A stretch of DNA of 63,330 nt, the filler included, from Circinaria calcarea (Eukaryota): assembly GCA_051942165.1 (NCBI GenBank). It is 26 parts of 26 records of this genome, joined end to end, with 100 filler letters (N's around TTAATTAATTAA, not from the genome) between each part and the next. Parts side by side here need not be neighbours in the genome. Positions count along the whole stretch, not along the records: positions 48,854 to 51,185 come from JAVECS010003643.1; positions 51,286 to 53,617 come from JAVECS010003644.1; positions 53,718 to 56,047 come from JAVECS010003645.1; positions 56,148 to 58,475 come from JAVECS010003646.1; positions 58,576 to 60,903 come from JAVECS010003647.1; 21 more parts are not named here. One strand, 5' to 3'. The stretch's first letter is position 1. Every line of letters begins with the position of its first letter. The notes under the pieces were generated by a model, which did no database searches, was not told where the DNA came from, and saw nothing but the letters and a program-made list of their open reading frames with translations. The position numbers were made by a program, and so were the translations under genes. Of this stretch, positions 49,638-60,256 are shown one piece after another.

Positions 49638-50428
49638 ATGGCGACGCCTAAAATATCGGTTTACTCACTGCCTGGTATGGACAACTGCCTTCATGTTATT
49701 GCACCGGAGGCTAATCTCTTGCTCTACCCCTAGATCTTAAGAATACCACGGACGATGCTCTTCCCAATTATTTAACCTCTCTCAAGTTCGAACAATCACA
49801 CTTGCTTACGGATGTACGGCTAGTTTTGGGCTACAGCGCGGTACTCATCGCTGCAATCACGTTTGCCTTCGACTATAAGCTAGGTTGGGACAAGACTAAG
49901 GAATATACCCTCTGGGCAGTACTCGCGTACTTCATGTTAAATGGCGCCTTGACGATCTGGATCTGGGGAATCGAGAAGGGAAAGGTCTTTGCCGGAGAAT
50001 TTGAGGACAGACAGGTATATGAAAGGGTGGATGGATGTGCAGTAGGTTGCGATAGTTGACGCAATCAGATTACCATTGCCTCGCACGTATCAAAACACAC
50101 TCCCATCTATAAACTCAACGTCCGATACAAAGCCGAGACCTCGGAACCATTCGATTGGGAGACCCTTGAGCTGTCATCTCCTTTTACCAGATGGTTTTCG
50201 GCCGACGGGCATTTCATCGCGAAACCGTTCCAGCAATGGCTTGCTTCGGAAATTCCCATAGTCGGTCAAGCAGATCAAAAGTACGTTAGTGGTGGTGAAC
50301 AGACGTCGGAGCAAGAAATATCGGTGTCAGCACCTAGGAGGAAGGAGGGCCTTACTAACAATGTTGTAGAGGGCACGAGGGAAGGAGGATTGAGCGTTGG
50401 AACCAGGTCGAGGAAAGGGAAAAAGTAG
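49638..50428 (+). CDS. SPC2: Signal peptidase complex subunit 2 (Spc2/SPC25), complete, 3 exons
   Basis: KISVYSLP|DLKNTTDDALPNYL...DVRLVLGY, two transmembrane helices, PFTRWFSADGHF; ends RKGKK*. Confidence 0.9.
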
Positions 50429-51285
50429 TCGTGTAGCGTAGACCAGAATCGACATTCGCTTTGAAGCATAGGACCGGTAGGATATCCCATGCTTAGCAGT
50501 TTCTTCGTATTCTATGATTGCCCAAAGGCCCAGACTACGTCCATCACGACTTGCCAGCTAGACGGTGTGGTGGGCTGCTTGTGCAAAAGGCTTGGGTATG
50601 TTCCTCAATCTGGAAATTTCTTGCCGAGGACACTCCCCTCCACTCAACATTCCGGGCTGAAGCTTGGTCCATGAGCGAGAGGTCCGCCTCCTGCCTGCGA
50701 AAGTATGTCACTACATATTCTACCGAGTCCCTTAGTCAAGCGCGTGTGCCTAGTTTTTCAGGGCGGCTTTGTGGAGAGCGCGGGGAACTTGCCGAGGATG
50801 TACACTCTACCACATGAAAGAGTCGTGTCAAATACATTTATCATACAATTACCCTCACCCTCCACTGTCCTTCAGTTCACTTTAGGAACACCACTGACAA
50901 CATCGATGCCTTGAGGCTTGGGATACATCATGACGGTATGAAACGGCCAAACGCTCGACGAGATATAGGTCCGGTCCGTGGCCCTTTGCTATCAGGATGA
51001 ACTCACTGAAGGCAAGTGTCAATTTCCACTCTCATGACCCGCATACTGAATGGAACAGGAAGCCGTTAAGAGTCTCATACTCAATCCTCAGTATGCCGAA
51101 GTACTCGCTCTGCTCAAAGCAGCCCGCAATGGCGCGGTTTATGGAGCCAAAGTCCGCTTCCCGCATGCGCTCGTGTGAGTCCTTTNNNNNNNNNNNNNNN
51201 NNNNNNNNNNNNNNNNNNNNNNNNNNNNNTTAATTAATTAANNNNNNNNNNNNNNNNNNNNNNNNNNNNNNNNNNNNNNNNNNNN

Positions 51286-51705
51286 GGGGCACCGAGCAAG
51301 ACAAGGCCTTGGCCCTTCGATGTTTTGAGATTGCTGCGGATTGGGGTGATACGGACGCGATGGCGGAAGCGGGATTCTGCTACGCGCAGGGGGTGGGATG
51401 TAAGAAGGATCTGAAGAAGGCGGCAAAGTATTATCGGACGGCGGAGGCCAAGGGGATGAGTATGGTCGGTAACAGCTGGTATGTTTTTTTTTCTTTTGAG
51501 AAATATCTGCGGTGTTATTTTCCCGTGTCTATTTTGCCATGTGCTGATACCGAGACGTCGTAGGATCTACAAGCCCAAATACTCGGACGAACCCGAGGAG
51601 CGAAGTAGCCGGGGAGCGACAAAAGCTCCGACACCGGAGAAGAAGCCGAGGGATAAATCGCGGACGCGCATGATTTTCGGAAGGAAGAAATCGGTTGCGG
51701 CATGA
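51286..51705 (+). CDS. Sel1-repeat protein, Nif1/Dsf2-like; 5' partial, intron 51479-51563
   Basis: DKALALRCFEIAADWGDTDAMAEAGFCYAQGVGCKKDLKKAAKYYRTAEAKGMSMVGNSW|IYKPKY. Confidence 0.82.
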
Positions 51706-52740
51706 GGGTTTTGGATCTTCGTTTTCCCAGGGGAGGCGAGGAGGGGTTTAGGGGATAACTATGTTAATATTTCCAAACTCCGCTTTCTCAATTTCTCCTT
51801 CTCCCGCCCTCGTAATCTCGGGGGTTTTTTTCACGAACGGTTAGGAAGGACGGGGCATGGCTTGAGGGGAGGGGGAGAGAGAGAAATGGGAAAGGGAGAG
51901 CGAGAGCGAGACGGGGGAGCGAATCGATAGCTTCATCTGGCCCTTTTTATTTTTCCTGCGGCCGTCCCTCTCTCCGCGAAATGATTTTCCGACAATTTAC
52001 CTGGGCTACGTACAGTACAGTACTTTCGTGTGGTGCTGAATCACACTATCACACTTTTACGGAGTAATGTAAGATCAGATGGATCAATCACCCTACAAAG
52101 GAAGTGAGTGGCCCGGCCCGCCATTCTGATTTTCCTTTTCCTTTTCCTTTTCCTTCTCATTTCGTCTCGTTTTTTCCCTTGCCTGAAGGTGTTTTTTTTT
52201 TTGGCTAGATTACCCTTCTTCTTCTTCTTCTTCTTCTAAACGGAACGAATGGGTTTTCTCATGGTTGGGATACCAACCCCCCCCCCTCGGGCGGGGAGAT
52301 TTTCTCTTACTTGAACTTGGGTGGATTTCTTGTTGTTTCGGTTTGGCTCCTACTTTTGCTTTTGCTGTCGGTTTTATTTCTCTATTTCCCCCAAACCGAG
52401 GATGAATGAGTAAAAGAAAGGGGGGGAGGGCGGCCTCCCTTCTTTTGTGTAAATTTCTGACGGTCCCCCTTGCCCTCCCTGTCCCACGTCTCCGTCCCCC
52501 GTCTCGACTGACTGACTTACAGACTTACAAACTGACTGACTATGCGTGTCTTACCTCCCTCCCCTTCCCCTTCCCCTTCACCCACTCATCCACAGTCACC
52601 AGGGAACTTCTTTCTTTCTTTCTACTCTACCTTTACTTCCCTGCACTTCTCCCTGCAACCACCATACCTTCCTCGAGAGGAGGTTCGAGATGAGAAATTG
52701 GAATGAAATGGGATAGGAAATGAAAGAAGGGGGGACGAGG

Positions 52741-52775
52741 ATGAGATGAGATGAGATGGGATGGAATGGAATGGA
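52741..52775 (+). repeat. (ATGRR)7 pentanucleotide repeat in a low-complexity intergenic region
   Basis: Tandem ATGAG, ATGGG and ATGGA units. Confidence 0.8.
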
Positions 52776-53189
52776 ACTGGAAGGGGAGAGGGGAAAGGGG
52801 AAACGGAACACACGTTTCCCAGCTTATCCGGGTAGAGACTAGCTTACGACTGGGGGACTACAAAAAATCCGCGATTCATTCCAGATTGGCGGTTGAGAAC
52901 TCACGTTAGTCTACGGACAACGGAAACCAGGGTCGAGTTTGGATGATGGAAAATACGCTCTTGTTTTTCTAAAAGACGCACAGAAATCGAAAAATGAACA
53001 CGATAGAGGGTTGACAAGACGGCGCGTTTGGCCGGTAAACCGCACGAACCATGTTTTGTTTCATCGGCCGGATCCGTCGTGTGCTGAGGCCCTCTCACGT
53101 ATCGGTACCAGCACCGTTTGTTCTCGTTGTCGACACGTGGTTGTTACTTCTTCTTTCTTTGCCCCACCGGTAACGACCCCGCCATCCGG

Positions 53190-53617
53190 TCATGCGAAGT
53201 TGACTTTGGAGACAGTTTCGTAAAAGGTTTTGCCCTGGATGGTGGCAAGTTCGAGCTCTTTGGCCGAGGGCTGGCGGGAGCCGTCAACACCCTGGATTTC
53301 TGTCAGCAAGACTTTTCCCCCATCAATTCCTCATGTGGTTGGAGGTGAAATGTACGGCAAAGGTCCCCGCTCCCCATGGACTACCTCCCCTGAGCTCGTT
53401 CATCTCCCCCAGCAACGGAGCCGCATTTCGATAGCCGAGGGGCACATAGATGATTCCGTGGTGTACCAGCGTACTGATCGAGTTGGCGACGGTGGTCTCT
53501 TGCCCTCCTCCCGGAGTGGCAGTCGACACGAAGACACCGGCGTATTTGCCATGGTAGGCGCCTGCGGCCCATTGCTTGCCGGTCGCGTCCCAGAAGATTT
53601 TGAATTGGGCGGGGAAG
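53190..53617 (-). CDS. Flavodoxin-like NAD(P)H:quinone oxidoreductase (WrbA/Pst2/Ycp4 family); 5' partial, intron 53355-53292
   Basis: FPAQFKIFWDATG, FVSTATPGGGQET, LVHHGIIYVPLG, GGSPWGAGTFA|GVDGSRQPS. Confidence 0.93.
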
Positions 53618-53796
53618 NNNNNNNNNNNNNNNNNNNNNNNNNNNNNNNNNNNNNNNNNNNNTTAATTAATTAANNNNNNNNNNNNNNNNNNNNNNNNNNN
53701 NNNNNNNNNNNNNNNNNCGAACACTATAATCTTCATTCCGTGCAATAGAACTTTCTAAAGCTAACTCGGAATTAAGCTAATTGAAAGCCCTGCAGT

Positions 53797-55474
53797 TCAT
53801 TTGGCGTTGAGATGGACCTCAAGCAGAACCACTCCTACAGAATTCGTGTTTACATTGACGAGCTGTAGTCGGTTGGACGGGTTTACCATTAGTTGTGGAT
53901 GATTCTGTAAAAGAGGGATGTATAGGTGTGTAGGTCGGGAGAACTCACCTCCAATCTTGGATCGGCTTCTTTGAAGAGAGTGTTGAACTCTCGCTCGGTT
54001 CTCTGCTTCGCGCCGAACCCGACCAACATCGTGAGATCTATATGACGGAAGTGGCGTTCTTCGAAGCGTGTCGTGGTACCGCTCTCGGGCATAATGATGT
54101 CGTTTATGAGAAGCGGCGTACCTGGGTTGCACTGTTTCAGAGCGGGGACCAAGCCGCGCAGGATCTTGATGCAATCGCGGTCGTTGTAGTTGTGCAGGCA
54201 TTGTCGTAGGAGGAAAGCGTTGGCGTCGTGTACCGGTTGGGGATTGAAGAAGTCGTGCTTTTGGAAGGTCAAGCGGCCTTCGAGATCCTTGATGGCTGTG
54301 CCTTGGTCTTGCGATAGCATATGGTTGGAGATGTCTTGCACAATGAAACTCAGCGATGGGAATTGCTGTGTAGAGTTAGAGCAGGGTCTCTCTCCGTTGG
54401 GTGATGGCTAGAAGTCAAAGGAGAGATGAGCATACACGTGCGAGCGCGATGGATACATGGCCAGTTCCACCGCCTATATCAACTACTTTCCCATTCTTCA
54501 ACGACTCCCAAGAATAGCCATCTCGGAGTTCCGCAACCTGGCGATCCACTGGATTTTAAAAATTAGAATGACCTCTAGCTTTCAAGGCAAAACAGGTTAA
54601 TGGACAGCGAGGAAGTTGCAAAGGGACAAGACCTAAAATAAACACGACTCACATTGAGACCAGCCTCTCATCGCCTGTGCGAACCTCGCGCCCTTCTGTG
54701 GATTCTGTTCATAGTATTCATACATGGGGACTCCAAATCGGGTATGAAAAGGAGAGTGTGTCGTATCCGAGGTATAAGGTGAGCGTTCAATGACCGTGGA
54801 CGTTTCCGATGCAGCTTTGAACATATCGTCCATCCTAATGAAAAGCCGCTCCGTTACTAAATGCTTGAAGAACATGTACGTATACATCATTTAAGGAGCT
54901 TATGACAAACTAATACCCACTGCATGTGAGCTGTTGCATTCCATTCTTTATCCCTTGCCATCAAGGCAGAGTTCGCCGTATGCCGGAATCTCCCCTTCTC
55001 ACCGTCGACTTCCTCAAAGATACGTTGCGTCGCCAACAACCTTAGCACCCTCGCAGTCCGATCCTCATCCATGCCTGCCTTCTCTGCAATCTCTGCTGCA
55101 CTGGCTCCGTGCACAATCCTCTGCCCATTTTCGACTTTCTCTCCAGTCATGTCCAACGGCAGAGGCACATGATCAAAGAACCTGCGCTCGAGCGCAACCT
55201 GCAAGGCTGCAAGGTCATAATGGGTAAAGAAGAAGGAGCGGAGAGTGCTCTTGGGGCCGTTGATCAGGCGTAGGAGATCGAGCGCCGCGTCGTTCAGTGG
55301 TGCCCGCAAGGCTTCATACTCGGGCGTCTCGGGCACACTGGTTGAAGAGGGGCTGAAGTCTGGTTCGGGTTGAGAAGAGAGACTGAAGTAGGATGATATC
55401 TGTGCGGATAGTTGAGAAATTTGATTGGCAAGGGAGACAATAGATACATTGTTGGTGCTAGTGGTGCAAGACAT
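53797..55474 (-). CDS. SAM-dependent O-methyltransferase (Methyltransf_2, fungal secondary-metabolism type), complete; exons 55474-54921, 54834-54653, 54548-54436, 54365-53949, 53862-53797
   Basis: Winged-helix dimerisation region (RVLRLLATQRIFEE...HTANS), VVDIGGGTGH SAM motif, HDFF and LLRQCLHNYND. All introns are canonical and frame-preserving. Confidence 0.93.
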
Positions 55475-55651
55475 TTTCCTTTATAACGGTAAGGAGAGAG
55501 GAAAGCTCATGAGAAATACATGACAGTTCGGAATCGAGGCAAAAGGAATACAGGAGGTGAACTTAGACCCGCGCAGAGGCTGGCGAAGCTGTCAGCACCG
55601 TCAGCTGCTGCAACCGCCTCTCCTCTGGGAGTGGACGACATCGGCAGGCCA

Positions 55652-56030
55652 AGATGAAAACTAATCCTCTATCTTTGGAGCCGATAGACTCCATAGTCCG
55701 CAGGATGAAAACTGACTCTATCTTTGGGGCCGATGGACTCCGCAGGATGGCTATGCTGCTGTTGTGCCGTATGTCGATATCGGACGACGACCACTATCCC
55801 ACGCCAATGGCAACGAATTGAAAGTAAGTGCCGGACTACCCCACCTCGGCATTAGATCTCTGCCGGCGGAACGAGGTTCGATCATCCTACCAATCTCATT
55901 AAACTTCACTGTAAGCTCACTTCATTCTCACCTGCATCTTTTCCTTATCTTCCAATTCAGTTACTAAGCTTCTAAAACCCACTGCATTCTCACCTGCATC
56001 GTTGCCTTATCTTCCAGTTGAGCTATTAAG
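55652..56030 (+). repeat. Two short imperfect tandem duplications upstream of the O-methyltransferase
   Basis: GATGAAAACT..CTCTATCTTTGG.GCCGAT.GACTCC twice (55652-55749) and CATTCTCACCTGCATC..CCTTATCTTCCA.TT.AG twice (55923-56030). Confidence 0.75.
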
Positions 56031-57904
56031 ACCCTACATCCTTATACNNNNNNNNNNNNNNNNNNNNNNNNNNNNNNNNNNNNNNNNNNNNTTAATTAAT
56101 TAANNNNNNNNNNNNNNNNNNNNNNNNNNNNNNNNNNNNNNNNNNNNGTTTTTACATGGGCGTAATAGTGTGGCCCTCTGGGTCACCAAGCCTGTTTCGC
56201 TTCCGAAATGTAATCCCTTTTATCGAAGCTCCAGATTTGCGATTCTAGAGGCTAGCTATCACGCAATGTGGGACCTCGGAGTCTCCTATCTCTGCGTTCC
56301 CACAAGCAGTCATCTTGCCCTAGATTGTCTCGATTTTGGAATCCCAAGCCGGAAGCTGGGTACGGTAACTGTAAACATCGCTGCGAAGACCAGTACAGCT
56401 GGTGCCGGTGCATTAGCTGCGCGTCGTCAATCCCCCTTGGAACCACCCATCTGCCCTGGTAAAGCAATCGCACTTTGATCATGCCGGTCGGAAACTCGAA
56501 GTCGACCGTGTCGCAATGTTTCTCGGTGAAATGTACGGCCAAGTTGGTCGACAGACTGATCTCCAAAAAGGCTCGGAGGCAATCGGTTGTTCTATCGCAC
56601 TGTTCGAACCGGACGAGCTCCTACGCCTGTACCATGACGAGTATAGTAATCGGATCGTCACTTGGGCATGCCTTCCAACCTCCGTTAAGCTGACAAGCGT
56701 TGAATTCGGGATTTACGAATAGCATCACTGGCGTCGTGTTCTGGGAAAATGGGAAAATGGGAAATTGGGAAATTGGGAATTACCGCAAGCGGCTGTTCCG
56801 GGGGAGATTTGCAACGACGACTTTCACGAAACAAACCTATCGAGGAACCGGCCGAGCAGCCCGAAGGAGAGTTCGGGGAATTGGCCCCCCGTATTTAGAC
56901 GCTGACCCACGTCCCACACTGCCTAAGATAGTCAGGGTCCACGAAACCTCCCACCCTTTCCCCAGTTCCTAAGGTGCCAAGTCCCCACCATCAGCACGAA
57001 GGATGCTCCGCATCATGTCCTCTCCTCCACTCGAGATTACTCCTGCTACTGCATGCAATATCAATGTCGGCAATGGGGTTGAGCGGGGTCGCCTGGATTA
57101 CGCCGACTCGTTTCATTCGTTGTACATGATCTGCGCGCCTCGCCAAGTACCAGTACATATACTTGTGACTGAAAGCGGTGCCTGAGACTTGGCCCTGAAT
57201 GCGGATGGCTGAACTAGCCCTGGACGGGGGGCGGATTCGGTCCTACCACCTTTCGAGGATGGGATGGAAAGCATCCAGCTACCAGACAATTAACTTTGGC
57301 TAACTCAGGCCGCGCCCGTCTCTCTCGAGTCCAATATGGATTGGCCGTATAGAATAAGATGGGGGTGGTCCCCGTCAGCCACGCTGGACGTGATCGCACA
57401 GGTCCTCCACCATATGGTTCGAATCCCATCCGGTTCAAGAGGCCCTGGATTTCACCATTGAAGCCGGAGGTCGAATCTACACTTCTCATATCTCACCGGT
57501 CCCGAGCTCCAGCGCAGTCGGGTTCTATATATTCTCTTTCATGTGCTTCTTTTAAGGCTGGGCCAATTACGAAGGAGAATTGCACGAGTACGCATCCATC
57601 AAATCGATCTCTCCTTTGGTTTTCCACCTTTACATTCTGCCGGTTTGATGGCTCGCAAAGCTGCATTGACCTTGCACGTCCCAAGGGAAGGTCAATTGAG
57701 GGATTTTCCGGGAGTTGGATTAGGGTTTCGTCTGTGCTAGAATCATCCCAAGCGGCAGTCGCATTCGGAATCGCCAACAAAGAAACTCGACTCCTCCCGC
57801 ATTCAGCGGGTTTAACATCGCAGCACTGTTTTACAATACATCTACCATTTGTTTTCGCTGTTGGAGATGATACCCTTTGGGTTCGTGCTTCCATATTGAT
57901 GCCA

Positions 57905-58475
57905 ATGTCTTCCACAACGCTGGTGACATTCTTAGTGTGCGTACGCATGTCTCTCTCTCTCTGATGCTCTCGATTTTCTAATACATACATAGGCAAACCC
58001 CTCGATTCGCTCGCAAGGTTGATCTTTTTGGGTCATGGGACAACTTTAGCAAAGCGTATCCCATGGAGAGAGACCAGCGCATGGGCAGTAGGCAGTGGCG
58101 CGGCTGCCATTCTTTTACGGACATCATTTGCGATGGAGACGCATCCCAAGTTACTAACTGTCGAGATGGAGGTCTTATGATGGGCGGGGTTTACTGGTAC
58201 TACGTACGGTATAGAGCAATTAGGATAACCCTTCCTTCACTGACAAAACTTTATTCTAGTATCAGATCAACAGCGACGTCGAATATTACAATCCTGCTGA
58301 GCCATGTACAACAGCATGTCCCTATCTACCCGGCCAAGAAGTCAATATTCTAGAGGTTCCCATGCAGATCACTGTCCTGGACGAGAGTGACCAGCGGAGG
58401 TCGTCAAGTCCAGTCAGTCCTACCGGCTTTACTCTAAACCCAAACGATAAGTACATAACGCCTACGCCACCCAAG
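57905..58475 (+). CDS. Fungal protein with an N-terminal AMPK-beta-like CBM48/E-set domain; 3' partial, two introns
   Basis: MSSTTLVTFLV|QTPRFARKVDLFGSWDNFSKAYPMERD...GGLMMGGVYWYY|YQINSDVEYYNPAEPCTTACPYLPGQEVNILEVP. GSWDNF is the CBM48-type motif. Confidence 0.75.
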
Positions 58476-58958
58476 NNNNNNNNNNNNNNNNNNNNNNNNN
58501 NNNNNNNNNNNNNNNNNNNTTAATTAATTAANNNNNNNNNNNNNNNNNNNNNNNNNNNNNNNNNNNNNNNNNNNNGCCGGCACCGTTGGGATCCTCTCCC
58601 GAACACTGTTTCACTGCAGAGCAGCAGAACAGCACCGAGCTCGTTGGACAGAAGTGGATGCTAACAAACGCTTCATGTTGTGCTGGCCGCTTGGGCTATC
58701 TCCGTAGGTAGCCGGATTTACCATCATCTACATCTCGGACATGCGCAAATAGGAGATTCCACGTTGAAGTTCCAGACCCACCTCCATGACGGGTTACTGA
58801 AGGGGCTGCTGAGGGAATCTCGCAGGCGAATCACGAAGTGATTACATTCGTCTCTTGAAGCTCGTCCTGACCGAGGGAAAAGCTAGATTGGTATTATAGG
58901 GTCACCTATCAGCTCTACATATCCTCTCAGTCAAGGTCTACCGCTTGCTCTCCTACCA

Positions 58959-60256
58959 ATGGATCCCCCGTCGGATACAGTTTCGATCTTAGACATTCGC
59001 CAGGAAAAGGTGCAGCTCTCTCTCCGGAATGAGATCCGTGACATGCTCAGCGTAAGAGACAGAGAACGTATGCAGGTTCCATGGGAGCTTTTCTGGGATG
59101 CAAAGGGCCTTCAGATATTCGAACAGATGACCTACCTAGATGACTACTACCCAACCAAAACCGAATTGGTCATTCTTGACGGCTTTGCGGATCAGTTGGC
59201 CTGTACCTTCCAAGAAGGTTCAATCCTCGTGGAACTAGGAAGTGGGTATGTGTACCGTATCCCATTTCCCTACATTGGTTCCATCAACCTTCAGACCATG
59301 AGACTGAGCGTGGTGTACAACCGGTCAGTAATCTCCGCAAGGTCGATGTCCTCCTTCGCGCGATCGATCGAACCGGCAAGAAGAACATACGCTACTTTGC
59401 TTTGGATCTTGATCATGCAGAACTTGTCCGGAGTTTGGCCAAGTTGCCGGCCTACAAGAACGTCTCGTGCAGCGGCCTATGGGGCTCCTACGAAGATGGA
59501 TTCCGATGGCTAAACGGTTTAGAGAAGCGCCAGGACCCTGCCATCCTGCTATCCCTGGGCAGCAGCGTTGGCAACTTTCCGCGAGCCAACGCCATCACAT
59601 TTATGAGGAATGTGTCCCAAACTCTCCGTCCTGAACTAGCTGATGCCTTTCTCATCGCCTTTGATCATTGCGGCAACCCCTCCAAGGTCTGGAAGGCATA
59701 CCACGACTCGAATGGTATGTGTTCCACGTCCCTTGACAGGTTGTCAAAAACGCCATCTCGAGTACATCCCCCTCTTGCTTGAAGAGGTCAACTCTGTTCT
59801 CGGGTAGCTGATTAACATGCCCAAGGGGTTCACGAGGGATTCGTCCTAAACGGCCTGCGTCATTCTAATTCAATCATGGGTTACGAACTGTTCGATCTGG
59901 AAGCCTGGCGTTATGTCGGCGAGTTCGATCACCAGGACAGCTGCTACCGATCCTTTTGTGAAGCGATCAAAGACACCAGTGTCGGTGGGCATACATTTAG
60001 AGTAGGCGAACGGATAAAAGTCGGACGGAACATCAAGTACCCAAAGGAGGAGGCTCAGCGACTGTTCGATCAGGTCGGGCTTAAAGAAGCAGCACGATGG
60101 GAGAATACGACACAAGATTACTGTAAGACATGTGTCCTGACAGACTCTTATGAGCAGGGGGGGGGGAGCCAAAGCCAACGGAGCCATGGTGACGTGCTGA
60201 TTCCTTTTCCAGGTCTTTACCGGCTTATTCGAGCTACGTCATATTCTCTGCCCTGA
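58959..60256 (+). CDS. Stand-alone Methyltransf_33 (EgtD/EasF-family) amino-acid N-methyltransferase, complete; exons 58959-59245, 59329-59714, 59826-60122, 60213-60256
   Basis: WDAKGLQIFEQMTYLDDYYPTKTE, VELGSG|NLRK, YFALDL, LGSSVGNF, AYHD..G and FVLNGL motifs. The stop follows the methyltransferase domain directly. Confidence 0.9.

Noticed and set aside
51045..51185. Minus-strand open frame at the contig edge (KDSHERMREADFGSINRAIAGCFEQSEYFGILRIEYE...)
   Set aside because: Could be an exon but is too short, and no family or downstream exon could be supported.
57359..57996. 201-aa and 167-aa antiparallel ORFs
   Set aside because: No recognisable motifs; they cover the promoter/5' UTR and first intron of the CBM48-like gene starting at 57905.
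40824..60256. Apparent secondary-metabolite cluster (MFS, P450, FAD oxidase, O-methyltransferase, EasF-like methyltransferase)
   Set aside because: Each gene is on a different contig; the order reflects contig length, not genomic linkage.
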